64,000 bases of DNA from Candidatus Avoscillospira avistercoris. GTDB taxonomy: Bacteria > Bacillota > Clostridia > Oscillospirales > Oscillospiraceae. This document shows, in pieces, positions 27,450-36,982 of this stretch (its first letter is position 1; each line of letters begins with the position of its first letter). A program made the translations under genes and the position numbers. The DNA is taken from contig DVJJ01000078.1 in the NCBI GenBank assembly GCA_018716875.1, forward strand, positions 1,275 through 65,274. The letters run 5' to 3'. Under the pieces are notes generated by a model. The model had not been told where the DNA came from. It saw only the letters and a list, made by a program, of their open reading frames with translations, and made no database searches.

Positions 27450-28367
27450 ATGGATATGGTGGTGGGACGGTTTGCACCCAGTCCCAGCGGACGGATGCAC
27501 CTGGGGAACGTTTGGAGCGCCCTGCTGGCGTGGCTGTCGGTGCGGTCCCAAAACGGGGAAATGGTCCTGCGGCTGGAGGACCTGGACCCGGACCGGTGCC
27601 GTCCGGCATACTGCGACCAGCTCAAGGACGATCTTCAATGGCTGGGCCTGGACTGGGACCGGGAGCAGACGCGGCAGAGCCAGCGGACCGATGCCTATGC
27701 CGCATCTTTTTCCAAACTGGAATCCATGGGTCTGGTCTACCCCTGCTACTGTTCCAGGGCAGACCTCCACGCGGCAAACGCCCCCCACGCATCCGACGGC
27801 CGCTTGCTTTACGCCGGGACCTGCCGCCATCTGACGGAGCAGCAGCGGCGGGAGAAGACCAAAGCCCCGGCGTGGCGGCTGATGGTACCGGATGAAACCA
27901 TCACCTTCACTGATGGTCTACAGGGGACCATCTCGGAAAATCTGGCCGCCGACTGCGGGGACTTTATCATCCGGCGGGCCGACGGCGTCTATGCCTACCA
28001 ATTGGCCGTGGTGGTGGACGACCTGGAGGGCGGCATTACGGAGGTGGTCCGGGGCCGGGATTTGTTGGATTCCACCCCCCGGCAGCGGTACCTGTACAGA
28101 TTGTTGGAGGGGACGCCCCCGGCGACGTACCATGTGCCCCTGCTGCTGGCCGCCGACGGACGGCGGCTGAGCAAGCGGGAGCGGGATTTGGATTTGGGGA
28201 TTCTGCGGCAGACCATGACGGCGGAGGCCCTTTTGGGCCGTCTGGCATCCCTGGCGGGACTGCTGGACCGGCCGGAACCGGTGTCCGCCGGGGAATTGGT
28301 GCGGTATTTTCACTGGAATCGGGTTCCCAGCCGGGATATCTTTGTGGATTTTGGGGATTTTTGCTGA
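27450..28367 (+). CDS. gluQ: Glutamyl-Q tRNA(Asp) synthetase
   Basis: GRFAPSPSGRMHLGN, YPCYCSR, AYQLAVVVDD, RLSKR; no anticodon-binding domain. Confidence 0.92.
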   Translation: MDMVVGRFAPSPSGRMHLGNVWSALLAWLSVRSQNGEMVLRLEDLDPDRCRPAYCDQLKDDLQWLGLDWDREQTRQSQRTDAYAASFSKLESMGLVYPCYCSRADLHAANAPHASDGRLLYAGTCRHLTEQQRREKTKAPAWRLMVPDETITFTDGLQGTISENLAADCGDFIIRRADGVYAYQLAVVVDDLEGGITEVVRGRDLLDSTPRQRYLYRLLEGTPPATYHVPLLLAADGRRLSKRERDLDLGILRQTMTAEALLGRLASLAGLLDRPEPVSAGELVRYFHWNRVPSRDIFVDFGDFC

Positions 28368-28555
28368 AAATGGAATAAAAGTAGGGCTGTCCGCCTTTAC
28401 AATGAAAAGACGATTATGTTATAATTTAATTGTATGCAGGGCGGCTGGCGTCGCTCGCTTACCCCTCTGCGTCCATGGGCTGAACCCATGTTCGTTTTCT
28501 ATGAATCCGGCGCGCCATCCCAACGGCGGGCCGAAAAATGAAGGGATGAACCATC

Positions 28556-29410
28556 ATGTATAAAATCGTGCGCAAGCAGGAGCTGAACCCGACCGTCACA
28601 CTGCTGGAGATTGAGGCCCCCTTTGTGGCCAAAAAGGCTCTGGCCGGTCAGTTCATCATTTTCCGCATTGACGAGAAATCCGAGCGGGTGCCGCTGACCA
28701 TCGCCGGTTATGACCGGGAGAAGGGCACCGTCACCATCATCTTCCAGAAAGTCGGTCTGTCCACCAATATGCTGGGTGCGCTCAACGAGGGCGATTCCAT
28801 CCGCGACTTTGTCGGTCCTCTGGGCCGTCCCACCAACATCGAGGGCAAGAAGCGCGTCTGTGTCGTCGGCGGCGGCGTGGGCTGCGCCATCGCTTACCCC
28901 TCCGCCAAGGCTTTCCATGAAGCCGGTGTGCAGGTGGATGTTATTGCCGGTTTCCGCAGCAAGGACATCGTCATCCTGGAGGAGGAGTTCAAGGCCGCTT
29001 GCGACAACTTCTACCTGATGACCGACGACGGCTCCTATGGCGAGCAGGGCTTCGTCACCGCCAAGCTGCAACAGCTGTTGGAGCAGGGCAATCAGTATGA
29101 TGAAGTTCTGGCCATCGGCCCCATCCCCATGATGAAGTTTGTGGCCGCCACCACCAAGCCCTTCAACGTTCCCACCACCGTTTCCCTGAACCCCATTATG
29201 GTGGACGGCACCGGTATGTGCGGCGGCTGCCGTGTCACCGTGGGCGGCGAGGTCAAGTTCGCCTGCGTGGACGGCCCCGACTTCGACGGCCATCAGGTGG
29301 ACTTTGCTGAGCTGATGAACCGGAACTCCGTGTACAAGGCACGGGAGACCGAGACGGCCAAGACCCATATGTGCCGCATCGAAGAGCTGGGCAAGGACCT
29401 GATCAAGTAA
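28556..29410 (+). CDS. nfnA: NfnA-like FAD/NAD/2Fe-2S subunit
   Basis: ERVPLTI, GGGVG, MVDGTGMCGGCRV, CVDGPDFDGH. Confidence 0.88.
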   Translation: MYKIVRKQELNPTVTLLEIEAPFVAKKALAGQFIIFRIDEKSERVPLTIAGYDREKGTVTIIFQKVGLSTNMLGALNEGDSIRDFVGPLGRPTNIEGKKRVCVVGGGVGCAIAYPSAKAFHEAGVQVDVIAGFRSKDIVILEEEFKAACDNFYLMTDDGSYGEQGFVTAKLQQLLEQGNQYDEVLAIGPIPMMKFVAATTKPFNVPTTVSLNPIMVDGTGMCGGCRVTVGGEVKFACVDGPDFDGHQVDFAELMNRNSVYKARETETAKTHMCRIEELGKDLIK

Positions 29411-29426
29411 GGGAGGCAGTATAACC

Positions 29427-30812
29427 ATGGCAAATATGCAGACCACCAAGACTCCGATGCCGGAGCAGGACGCCAACGTCCGTAACCATAACTTTGACGA
29501 AGTGGCCCTGGGCTATACTGCTGAGATGGCCGTCTCCGAGGCACAGCGCTGCCTGCAATGTAAGAAGCCCCCCTGCGTGGGCGGCTGCCCTGTCAACGTC
29601 CGTATCCCTGAGTTCATCGCCAAGGTGGCCGAGGGCGACTTCATGGGCGCTTATGAGATTATCACCTCCACCAACGCCCTGCCGGCCCTGTCCGGCCGCG
29701 TCTGCCCCCAGGAGACCCAGTGCGAAGCCGTCTGCGTCCGGGGCAAGAAGGGCGAGCCTGTGGCCATCGGCCGTCTGGAGCGCTTCGTGGCCGACTGGTA
29801 CATGGAGAACGTCAACAAGATGCCCGAAAAGGTGCCGTCCAACGGTAAGAAGGTGGCCGTGGTCGGTTCCGGCCCTGCCGGTCTGACCTGCGCCAGCGAT
29901 CTGGCCAAGAAGGGCTATGAGGTCACCATGTTCGAGGCTCTGCACACCGCCGGCGGCGTGCTGGTCTACGGTATCCCTGAGTTCCGTCTGCCCAAGGCCA
30001 TCGTCCAGAATGAGGTTGACAAGCTGGAGGCCCAGGGCGTCAACGTTATGACCAACATGGTCATCGGCAAGGTCCTGTCCATTGACGAGCTGTTCGAGAT
30101 GGGCTACAAGGCCGTCTTTGTCGGCTCCGGCGCGGGCCTGCCCATGTTCATGGGTATCCCCGGCGAGGCCCTGGTGGGCGTCTACTCCGCCAATGAGTAT
30201 CTGACCCGCGTCAACCTGATGAAAGCATTCCGGGAAGAGGACGATACCCCCATTATCCAGTCCAAGGCCGTGGCCGTCGTGGGCGGCGGCAACGTGGCTA
30301 TGGACGCCGCCCGCTGCGCCAAGCGTCTGGGCGCCGAGCATGTGTACATCGTCTACCGCCGCGGCGAGGCCGAAATGCCCGCCCGTGCTGAGGAGCTGCA
30401 CCACGCCAAGGAAGAGGGCATCGAGCTGCAGGTCTTGTGCAACCCCGTGGAGATTCTCAACGATGGCAACGGCCGTGTCGGCGCCATGAAGTGCGTCCGT
30501 ATGGAGCTGGGCGAGCCCGACGCTTCCGGCCGCCGCAGACCCGTGGAGATTCCCGGCAGCGAATTCGAGCTGCCCGTGGATACTGTGATCATGAGCCTGG
30601 GTACCTCTCCCAACCCCCTGATCCGCTCCACCACTCCCGGCCTGGAGACCAACCGTAAGGGCTGCCTTATTGTCAATGAGGACACTATGATGACCACCCG
30701 CGACCAGGTCTATGCCGGCGGCGACGCCGTCACCGGTGCGGCTACTGTCATTCTGGCTATGGGCGCTGGTAAGAAGGCCGCCGAGGCCATTGACGCCTCC
30801 CTGTCCAAGTAA
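29427..30812 (+). CDS. nfnB: NfnB-like subunit (often annotated glutamate synthase small chain, gltA/gltD); electron-bifurcating transhydrogenase
   Basis: RCLQC..CVGGCPV, GRVCPQETQCE, GSGPAG, GGGNVAMD; adjacent to nfnA. Confidence 0.88.
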   Translation: MANMQTTKTPMPEQDANVRNHNFDEVALGYTAEMAVSEAQRCLQCKKPPCVGGCPVNVRIPEFIAKVAEGDFMGAYEIITSTNALPALSGRVCPQETQCEAVCVRGKKGEPVAIGRLERFVADWYMENVNKMPEKVPSNGKKVAVVGSGPAGLTCASDLAKKGYEVTMFEALHTAGGVLVYGIPEFRLPKAIVQNEVDKLEAQGVNVMTNMVIGKVLSIDELFEMGYKAVFVGSGAGLPMFMGIPGEALVGVYSANEYLTRVNLMKAFREEDDTPIIQSKAVAVVGGGNVAMDAARCAKRLGAEHVYIVYRRGEAEMPARAEELHHAKEEGIELQVLCNPVEILNDGNGRVGAMKCVRMELGEPDASGRRRPVEIPGSEFELPVDTVIMSLGTSPNPLIRSTTPGLETNRKGCLIVNEDTMMTTRDQVYAGGDAVTGAATVILAMGAGKKAAEAIDASLSK

Positions 30813-30892
30813 GCACCATCCCCAAGGGCTGTTGCATCGCAACAGCCCTTTTTGTACATGCTATGAAAAAACGATAAAAATGGAGGAACAGT

Positions 30893-32191
30893 ATGGCAAC
30901 CTTGGAAAACACCATGGCCTTTCTGGACCGCAGTCCCAGCCCCTTCCACGCCGTGGCCGCTGCCGCGGATCTGTTGAATCAGGCCGGTTTCACCCGTCTG
31001 GAAGAGGGGAGCGCCTGGACCTTGGCTCCCGGTGGTCAATATTATGTCACCCGCAATCAGAGCAGCCTTATCGCGTTCCGCCTGCCAAGTGAAACGCTGA
31101 CAGCCTGGCGCATGACAGCTGCTCACAGTGATGTCCCCACCTTTGCCGTCAAAGGGGACCGGCTGGATGGCGACGCCAAGTATGCCCGCCTGTCCGCCGA
31201 GGGTTACGGTGGTATGATTCACTATACCTGGATGGACCGGCCCCTGACCGTGGCGGGCCGCGTCATTGTCCGCACCAAAACGGGTGTGGAAAGCCGTCTG
31301 GTCTATCTGGACCGGGACCTGCTGACCATGCCCAGTCTGGCCATCCATCAGCAGCGGGATGTAAACCGGGGCCACGAGTTCAACGGCCAGAAGGAATTGC
31401 AGCCCTTGTATGGCCTGTCCGGCGGCAAGAGCCTGACGGCCCTGCTGGCCGAAGCGCTGAATGTGGCGGAATCGGATATTCTGGGCCGGGACCTGTTCCT
31501 GTGCCCCCGCCAGAAGGCCGTCCGCATCGGCGCGGAAGGGGAGCTGTTCCAGTCGCCCCGCATTGACGACCTGGCCTGTGCGTATGCCACGCTGGAAGGT
31601 TTTTTAAATGCCGGAAAAAGCGCCAAACTGGGGCAGATTTACTGCCTGTTTGACAATGAAGAGGTGGGCAGCGGCACCCGTCAGGGTGCCAAGAGCACCC
31701 TGCTGCCCGACGTGCTGGAGCGGGCAGCCGATGCCCTGCACCTGACCGGTGAGCAGCGCCGCATGGCATTGGCCCACAGTATGCTCCTCAGTGCCGATAA
31801 CGGCCATGCCGTCCACCCCAATTTCCCCGAAAAGGCCGACCCGGCCAACCGGGTCTATCCCAACGGTGGTGTTGTGGTCAAGTATTCGGCCAACCAGAAG
31901 TATACCACCAACGGCGTCACAGCGGGCCTGTTCCGGGCCGTCTGCGACGAAGCCGGGGTACCGGTGCAGATCTTCGCCAACCGGGCCGACGAGGCCGGTG
32001 GCTCTACGTTGGGCAATCTGCTGACCCAGCTGGTCAGTATCCCCATGGTGGATATCGGTATGGCCCAGCTGGCTATGCACTCCGCTGTGGAGACAGCGGG
32101 CAGCGACGACCCGGCCCATATGGCAAAAGCCTGCGAAGCCTTCTTCTGCAAGGAATTTGTCCAGACTGCCGATGGTATCTATACCTTTTAA
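30893..32191 (+). CDS. apeB: M18-family aminopeptidase
   Basis: AHSDVP, RIDDL, FDNEEVGS, SADNGHAVHPN, QLAMHS. Confidence 0.92.
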   Translation: MATLENTMAFLDRSPSPFHAVAAAADLLNQAGFTRLEEGSAWTLAPGGQYYVTRNQSSLIAFRLPSETLTAWRMTAAHSDVPTFAVKGDRLDGDAKYARLSAEGYGGMIHYTWMDRPLTVAGRVIVRTKTGVESRLVYLDRDLLTMPSLAIHQQRDVNRGHEFNGQKELQPLYGLSGGKSLTALLAEALNVAESDILGRDLFLCPRQKAVRIGAEGELFQSPRIDDLACAYATLEGFLNAGKSAKLGQIYCLFDNEEVGSGTRQGAKSTLLPDVLERAADALHLTGEQRRMALAHSMLLSADNGHAVHPNFPEKADPANRVYPNGGVVVKYSANQKYTTNGVTAGLFRAVCDEAGVPVQIFANRADEAGGSTLGNLLTQLVSIPMVDIGMAQLAMHSAVETAGSDDPAHMAKACEAFFCKEFVQTADGIYTF

Positions 32192-32192
32192 T

Positions 32193-32221
32193 GTATAAGA
32201 ATTGAGAAATCTTCCCAAACT
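32193..32221 (+). promoter_or_regulatory. Putative forespore sigmaG-type promoter
   Basis: GTATA-18-CAAACT upstream of a YhcV/YlbB-like CBS gene. Confidence 0.4.
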
Positions 32222-32254
32222 CCCTTCAGAGGATACTGAAGGGAGTTTTTACTT

Positions 32255-32683
32255 ATGAAAGTACAGGATTTTATGACGCCGGGGCCGGTCTGCGTGGCCC
32301 CGGAGGACATGGCCGCGTCGGCGGCCCGGGTGCTGTCCCGGTATAATATCGGCTCCGTGCCCGTCTGCGCCAAGGGCGGCAAGCTCTGCGGCTTGCTGAC
32401 GGACCGGGATATTGTGCTGCGCTGCGTGGCGGCGGGTCTGCCGCCGGAAAAAACCGCCGTAGCCGATATTATGACCCGGCGCATTGTGGCCGCCGCCCCC
32501 GGCGATGACGCCGAGGAAGCTGCCCAGCGCATGGCGTTGGAACAGGTGCGCCGTCTGCCGGTGGTGGAGGGCGGCAAGCTGGTGGGGGTGCTGTCCCTGG
32601 GCGATCTGACGGTCAACGACCGGTTTCGCATGGAGGCGTCGGACTGTCTGGCGGAAATCTGCACCAATCTGAAAAAACGATAA
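32255..32683 (+). CDS. CBS-domain protein (YhcV/YlbB-like)
   Basis: MKVQDFMT, GLLTDRDIVLR, QVRRLPV, GVLSLGD. Confidence 0.9.
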   Translation: MKVQDFMTPGPVCVAPEDMAASAARVLSRYNIGSVPVCAKGGKLCGLLTDRDIVLRCVAAGLPPEKTAVADIMTRRIVAAAPGDDAEEAAQRMALEQVRRLPVVEGGKLVGVLSLGDLTVNDRFRMEASDCLAEICTNLKKR

Positions 32684-32712
32684 GAAAAACCGGAAAAAAT
32701 GCAAAAAACCAT

Positions 32713-32741
32713 TTGACATCGGGCGGTTGTCCTGCTATACT
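32713..32741 (+). promoter_or_regulatory. sigmaA promoter of rplU operon
   Basis: TTGACA-17-TATACT with TG. Confidence 0.75.
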
Positions 32742-32744
32742 GGA

Positions 32745-32820
32745 AAAGCCGCATCGAAGAGGTTGACAGTCGAGGTATGCCCTCGCACCTCCAGAGCGAG
32801 TCTACAAACAAAAGGTAGGT
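32745..32820 (+). ncRNA. L21 leader-like cis-regulatory RNA
   Basis: Structured 5'UTR (gaggt..cgagg/cctcg..acctc, GCGAGTC) directly upstream of rplU. Confidence 0.55.
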
Positions 32821-32830
32821 GCAATTTGAA

Positions 32831-33142
32831 ATGCAGGCTATTATCGTTACCGGTGGCAAGCAGTACAACGTCAAGGAAGGCGACGTGCTGTTCATCGAAA
32901 AGCTGAATGTTGAAGCCGATCAGACCGTGACTTTTGACAAGGTTCTGGCTGTGGTTGACGGCGAGAACTCCAAGTTCGGTACCCCCGTGGTTGCCGGCGC
33001 TTCCGTGGCTGCCAAGGTCCTCAAGAACGGCAAGGGCAAGAAGATCACCGTCTTCAAGTACCGTCCCAAGAAGGACTCCAAGAGCTGCCAGGGCCATCGT
33101 CAGCCCTACACCAAGGTGCAGATCGAGAAGATCTCTGTGTAA
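32831..33142 (+). CDS. rplU: 50S ribosomal protein L21
   Basis: [19 protein letters not shown]. Confidence 0.97.
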   Translation: MQAIIVTGGKQYNVKEGDVLFIEKLNVEADQTVTFDKVLAVVDGENSKFGTPVVAGASVAAKVLKNGKGKKITVFKYRPKKDSKSCQGHRQPYTKVQIEKISV

Positions 33143-33468
33143 TGACCAGAGTCGAATTTTTTGATCAGGACGGCAGAATCACCGGATTCTGCTGCGAGGG
33201 CCACAGCGGCTACGCCGAGGCGGGCAGCGACATTGTCTGCGCCGCCGTCACCACGGCCATTCGGATGGCCGAGTGCACCATCAATGATGTGTGCGGCAGC
33301 CGCGCCAAAACCCGTGTCAATGACAAGGAGGCCCGGATCACCTTGACGCTCCCCGCAACCTGCGACGAGGAAGAGACGGTGCAGGCGGTACTTACCGGTC
33401 TGATGCTGACCCTCTGCGAGCTGCGGGACGAGTATCCGGATTATATCGAAGTCATGGAGGTGCAATAA
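33142..33468 (+). CDS. prp: Ribosomal-processing cysteine protease Prp
   Basis: [14 protein letters not shown] between rplU and rpmA. Confidence 0.93.
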   Translation: MTRVEFFDQDGRITGFCCEGHSGYAEAGSDIVCAAVTTAIRMAECTINDVCGSRAKTRVNDKEARITLTLPATCDEEETVQAVLTGLMLTLCELRDEYPDYIEVMEVQ

Positions 33469-33469
33469 C

Positions 33470-33754
33470 ATGCTTAACATTGGTTTTCAGTTCTTCGCTC
33501 ACAAGAAGGGCGGCGGTTCCACCAAGAACGGCCGTGATTCCGAGGCCAAGCGCCTGGGCGTGAAGCGTGCCGACGGTCAGTTCGTGCTGGCTGGCAACAT
33601 TCTGGTTCGGCAGAGAGGCACCCACATCCACCCCGGCAAGAACGTGGGCATCGGCAGCGACGACACCCTGTTCGCTCTGATCGACGGTACCGTCAAGTTC
33701 GAGCGCATGGGCAAGGATCGCAAGATGGCGTCCGTCTACGCTGTGGAGCAGTAA
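33470..33754 (+). CDS. rpmA: 50S ribosomal protein L27 with Prp-cleaved N-terminal extension
   Basis: [24 protein letters not shown]. Confidence 0.97.
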   Translation: MLNIGFQFFAHKKGGGSTKNGRDSEAKRLGVKRADGQFVLAGNILVRQRGTHIHPGKNVGIGSDDTLFALIDGTVKFERMGKDRKMASVYAVEQ

Positions 33755-33830
33755 TTTACCGATCAAAAATCCCGAACAGCACTGTTCGGGATTTTTTTCG
33801 TCATTGATTTTTGGAGTATGGAGGAAGACG

Positions 33831-35111
33831 ATGTCCGCATTTATTGATAAAGTCAGAATCACCGTCAAGGCCGGCCGCGGCGGCGATGGCGCCGTGGCCT
33901 TCCACCGGGAGAAGTTTGTGGCCGCCGGCGGCCCCGACGGCGGTGACGGCGGCAATGGCGGCAGCATTGTCCTGCGGGTGGACGATCACATGTCCACGCT
34001 GATGGACTTCCGCTACAAGCGCAAATACACCGCCGCCGACGGCATCAAGGGTGAGGGCGGCCGCCGCAAGGGCAAGGCCGGTGAAAACCTCATCATCAAG
34101 GTGCCCCGCGGCACCGTGGTCCGGGATGCCGAGACCAATGAAATCATCAAGGATATGTCCGACGATGAGGACTTCATCCTGGCCAAGGGCGGCCGGGGCG
34201 GCTGGGGCAACCATCATTTTGCCACTCCCACCCGGCAGGTGCCCCGTTTTGCCAAGGCAGGACTGCCCGGCGAGACCCATGATGTGATTTTGGAGTTGAA
34301 GCTCCTGGCCGACGTGGGTTTGGTGGGTTTCCCCAATGTGGGTAAGTCCACGCTGCTGTCGGTCACGTCCAACGCCCGGCCCAAAATTGCCAATTACCAT
34401 TTCACCACCCTGTTTCCCAACCTGGGTGTAATCTACGTGGAGGAGGGCGTCTCCTTCGTCATGGCCGATATCCCCGGCATCATCGAAGGCGCCGCCGAGG
34501 GCGCGGGACTGGGCCACGATTTTCTCCGCCATATCGACCGCTGCCGCCTGATGATTCATGTGGTGGACGTGTCCGGCAGCGAGGACCGGGACCCAGTGGA
34601 GGATTTCGAGAAGATCAACGCCGAATTGCGGGAGTATTCTCCGGAGCTGGCGGAGCGGCCCATGATTGTGGCCGCCAACAAGATTGACCTGCTGCCCCCC
34701 GACAGTGACAACCTGGAGCGGCTGCGCAAGTACGTTACTGAGCGGGGTTATGAGCTCTATGAAATCTCCGCCGCCACCACCGCCGGTACGCGGGACCTGA
34801 TGAAGGTGGTAGCGGGTAAACTGGCCCAGCTACCCCCGGTCATCGTCTACGAGCCGGAGTATGTGAAGCCCCTGGCCGAGGCCGGCGGCGTGGAGGAATT
34901 GACCATCGAGCAGTTCGACGACGTGTGGAGCGTCTCCGGCCCCTGGATGGAGCGGCTGCTGGGTGACGTCAATTTTGACGATTACGAGTCCCGGATGTAC
35001 TTTGACCGGCAGCTGCGCAAGAGCGGCCTGTTTGCCCGGCTGGAGGAAATGGGGATTCAGGACGGCGACACCGTCAGCATCTATAACTGGGAATTCACCT
35101 ACGAGAAATAA
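33831..35111 (+). CDS. obgE: GTPase ObgE
   Basis: GGPDGGDGG, GFPNVGKS, DIPG, NKID; RBS GGAGG before ATG 33831. Confidence 0.97.
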   Translation: MSAFIDKVRITVKAGRGGDGAVAFHREKFVAAGGPDGGDGGNGGSIVLRVDDHMSTLMDFRYKRKYTAADGIKGEGGRRKGKAGENLIIKVPRGTVVRDAETNEIIKDMSDDEDFILAKGGRGGWGNHHFATPTRQVPRFAKAGLPGETHDVILELKLLADVGLVGFPNVGKSTLLSVTSNARPKIANYHFTTLFPNLGVIYVEEGVSFVMADIPGIIEGAAEGAGLGHDFLRHIDRCRLMIHVVDVSGSEDRDPVEDFEKINAELREYSPELAERPMIVAANKIDLLPPDSDNLERLRKYVTERGYELYEISAATTAGTRDLMKVVAGKLAQLPPVIVYEPEYVKPLAEAGGVEELTIEQFDDVWSVSGPWMERLLGDVNFDDYESRMYFDRQLRKSGLFARLEEMGIQDGDTVSIYNWEFTYEK

Positions 35112-35115
35112 ACAG

Positions 35116-35320
35116 AAGGCCCTCGTCTGCCGCCCGCAGGGCGGAGACGAGGGCCTTGCGGCGTTGCCGCGAGGGTTGCGCCATCTGCGGATGGCGCCGG
35201 GGACGCTGGGGGATTTCGCGCCGTGCGCGGCGCGGGTATTTCGCCCGCTGCGGCGGGCGACCGGGGGCGCCGCCCCCTGGACCTCTGCGATTTTTTGAAA
35301 AAAATCGAGTAAAACTTTTA
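35116..35320 (+). repeat. Family I repeat, copy D
   Basis: Full module set, with compensatory variants of the first and sixth hairpins. Confidence 0.9.
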
Positions 35321-35349
35321 ACGTTTGGGCTATACAAAACGGAGGTCCT

Positions 35350-36051
35350 ATGATTATATACGACAATATCCACAAGGGCGTCTTTCTCTGCCGCCCCAAC
35401 CGCTTTCTGGCCCATGTGGTCATCGACGGTAGGGAAGTGGTGGCCCATGTGAAAAACACAGGCCGCTGTGGAGAACTTCTGATTCCCGGCGCGGAGGTCT
35501 GGTGTACCTACCACGACGACCCAAAGCGAAAAACCCAATGGTCCCTGATTACCGTCCGCAAGGGCGACACCTTATTCAATATTGATTCCCAGGTTCCCAA
35601 CCGGCTGGCCGGGGAGTGGATGCAGCAGGGCGGTCTGGGGGTGACTGTGGAGCAGCAGAAAGCCGAGCACCGCTACGGCGACGCCCGGCTGGACTGGTAT
35701 TTTATTGCCGGAGGGCGGCCCTGTCTGCTGGAAGTCAAGGGCGTAACGCTGGAGCAGGACAGCGTGGCCCGGTTTCCCGACGCCCCCACAGAACGGGGCG
35801 CGAAGCATGTCCACCATCTGCGGCAGGCTGTGGAGGAGGGATATGGTGCCTATATCCTCTTTGTCTGTCAGATGGCGGGCATCTCCCGTGTGGAGCCCAA
35901 TGTGGAACGGGACCCGGCTTTTGCACAGGCGTTGTGGATGGCACAGGAAGCGGGCGTACAGCTGTTGGCGGTGGAATGCGATGTGACGCCCGATTCCATC
36001 ACCGCCGCCCGGCCTGTGCCGGTGGTGCTGCCCAGTCAGTGCATCAATTGA
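35350..36051 (+). CDS. sfsA: DNA/RNA nuclease SfsA
   Basis: RPNRF, HVKNTGR, EVKGVTL, FPDAPTERG.KH. Confidence 0.93.
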   Translation: MIIYDNIHKGVFLCRPNRFLAHVVIDGREVVAHVKNTGRCGELLIPGAEVWCTYHDDPKRKTQWSLITVRKGDTLFNIDSQVPNRLAGEWMQQGGLGVTVEQQKAEHRYGDARLDWYFIAGGRPCLLEVKGVTLEQDSVARFPDAPTERGAKHVHHLRQAVEEGYGAYILFVCQMAGISRVEPNVERDPAFAQALWMAQEAGVQLLAVECDVTPDSITAARPVPVVLPSQCIN

Positions 36052-36896
36052 TAAATCCCGTTGGCGATGGCGGCGAAGCCCTCGATTTCCAGCGTCTCGC
36101 CCCGGACATTGGCGGGCAGACCGCAATCCGCGATGACGGCGGAAAGCTGTTCCTTGTTGAGATTGGAGAAGCCGCTGGACAGACCGTTGAGCAGCGTTTT
36201 GCGCCGCTGGGCGAAGCTGGCTCGGACCACCCGGAAAAAGAGGGCTTCATCCTCGATGTGGCAGGGCGGCTCCGTCCGCATGGTCAGCTTTAAAATGGCC
36301 GACATAACCTTGGGCTGGGGGATGAAGCAGGAGGGCGGCACGTCAAAGAGCAGCTCCGGCTGGGCGTAGTATTGGCAGAAGACGCTGAACGCGCCGTAAT
36401 TGCCGCTGCCGGCCTTGGAACAGATGCGCTGAGCCACTTCCTTTTGGACCATGACCGTGACCGCTTCAAAGGCCCGGCTTTCCAGCAGGGCGGCCAGTAC
36501 AGGCGACGTAATATAATAAGGAAGGTTGGCGCAGGCCATGGGCCGCAGACCGGGAAATTCCTCCCGCACCAGTTTGGCAATGTCCTGCTTCAGCACGTCG
36601 TCAAACTGAATGCGCAGATTGTCGAAGCGGCCCAACGTTTCGGCTAAGATGGGCTGCAAGGTCCGGTCCACCTCCACGGCCAGTACCTTTCCGGCATTGA
36701 GACACAATTGTTCCGTCAGGGGGCCGATGCCGGGGCCTACTTCCAGAACGCCGCAGGTCTCGTCGATGCCGGCGGCCTCCACAATCTGCCGGGGTACCCA
36801 GCCCTGGGTCAAAAAATTCTGGCCCTTGGCCTTGGAGAACCGGAAGCCGTGGCGGTGCAGCAGCTCCTTGATGTCGTTGATATTGCAAAGATCCAT
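36036..36896 (-). CDS. rsmA: 16S rRNA dimethyladenosine transferase RsmA/KsgA
   Basis: KAKGQNFL, EVGPGIG, ANLPYYITSP, MVQKEVA. Confidence 0.96.
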   Translation of the reverse strand: MDLCNINDIKELLHRHGFRFSKAKGQNFLTQGWVPRQIVEAAGIDETCGVLEVGPGIGPLTEQLCLNAGKVLAVEVDRTLQPILAETLGRFDNLRIQFDDVLKQDIAKLVREEFPGLRPMACANLPYYITSPVLAALLESRAFEAVTVMVQKEVAQRICSKAGSGNYGAFSVFCQYYAQPELLFDVPPSCFIPQPKVMSAILKLTMRTEPPCHIEDEALFFRVVRASFAQRRKTLLNGLSSGFSNLNKEQLSAVIADCGLPANVRGETLEIEGFAAIANGIYQLMH

Positions 36897-36982
36897 GGTG
36901 ATCCTCCGTGATATACTATATAATAATAGAAATCGTCCGTTGTCATGGATAGTGTACCAGACAACGGACGATTTTTCAATTT

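Noticed and set aside
33142-33754. L27 N-terminal extension and intervening gene
   Set aside because: Known Firmicutes rplU-prp-rpmA arrangement
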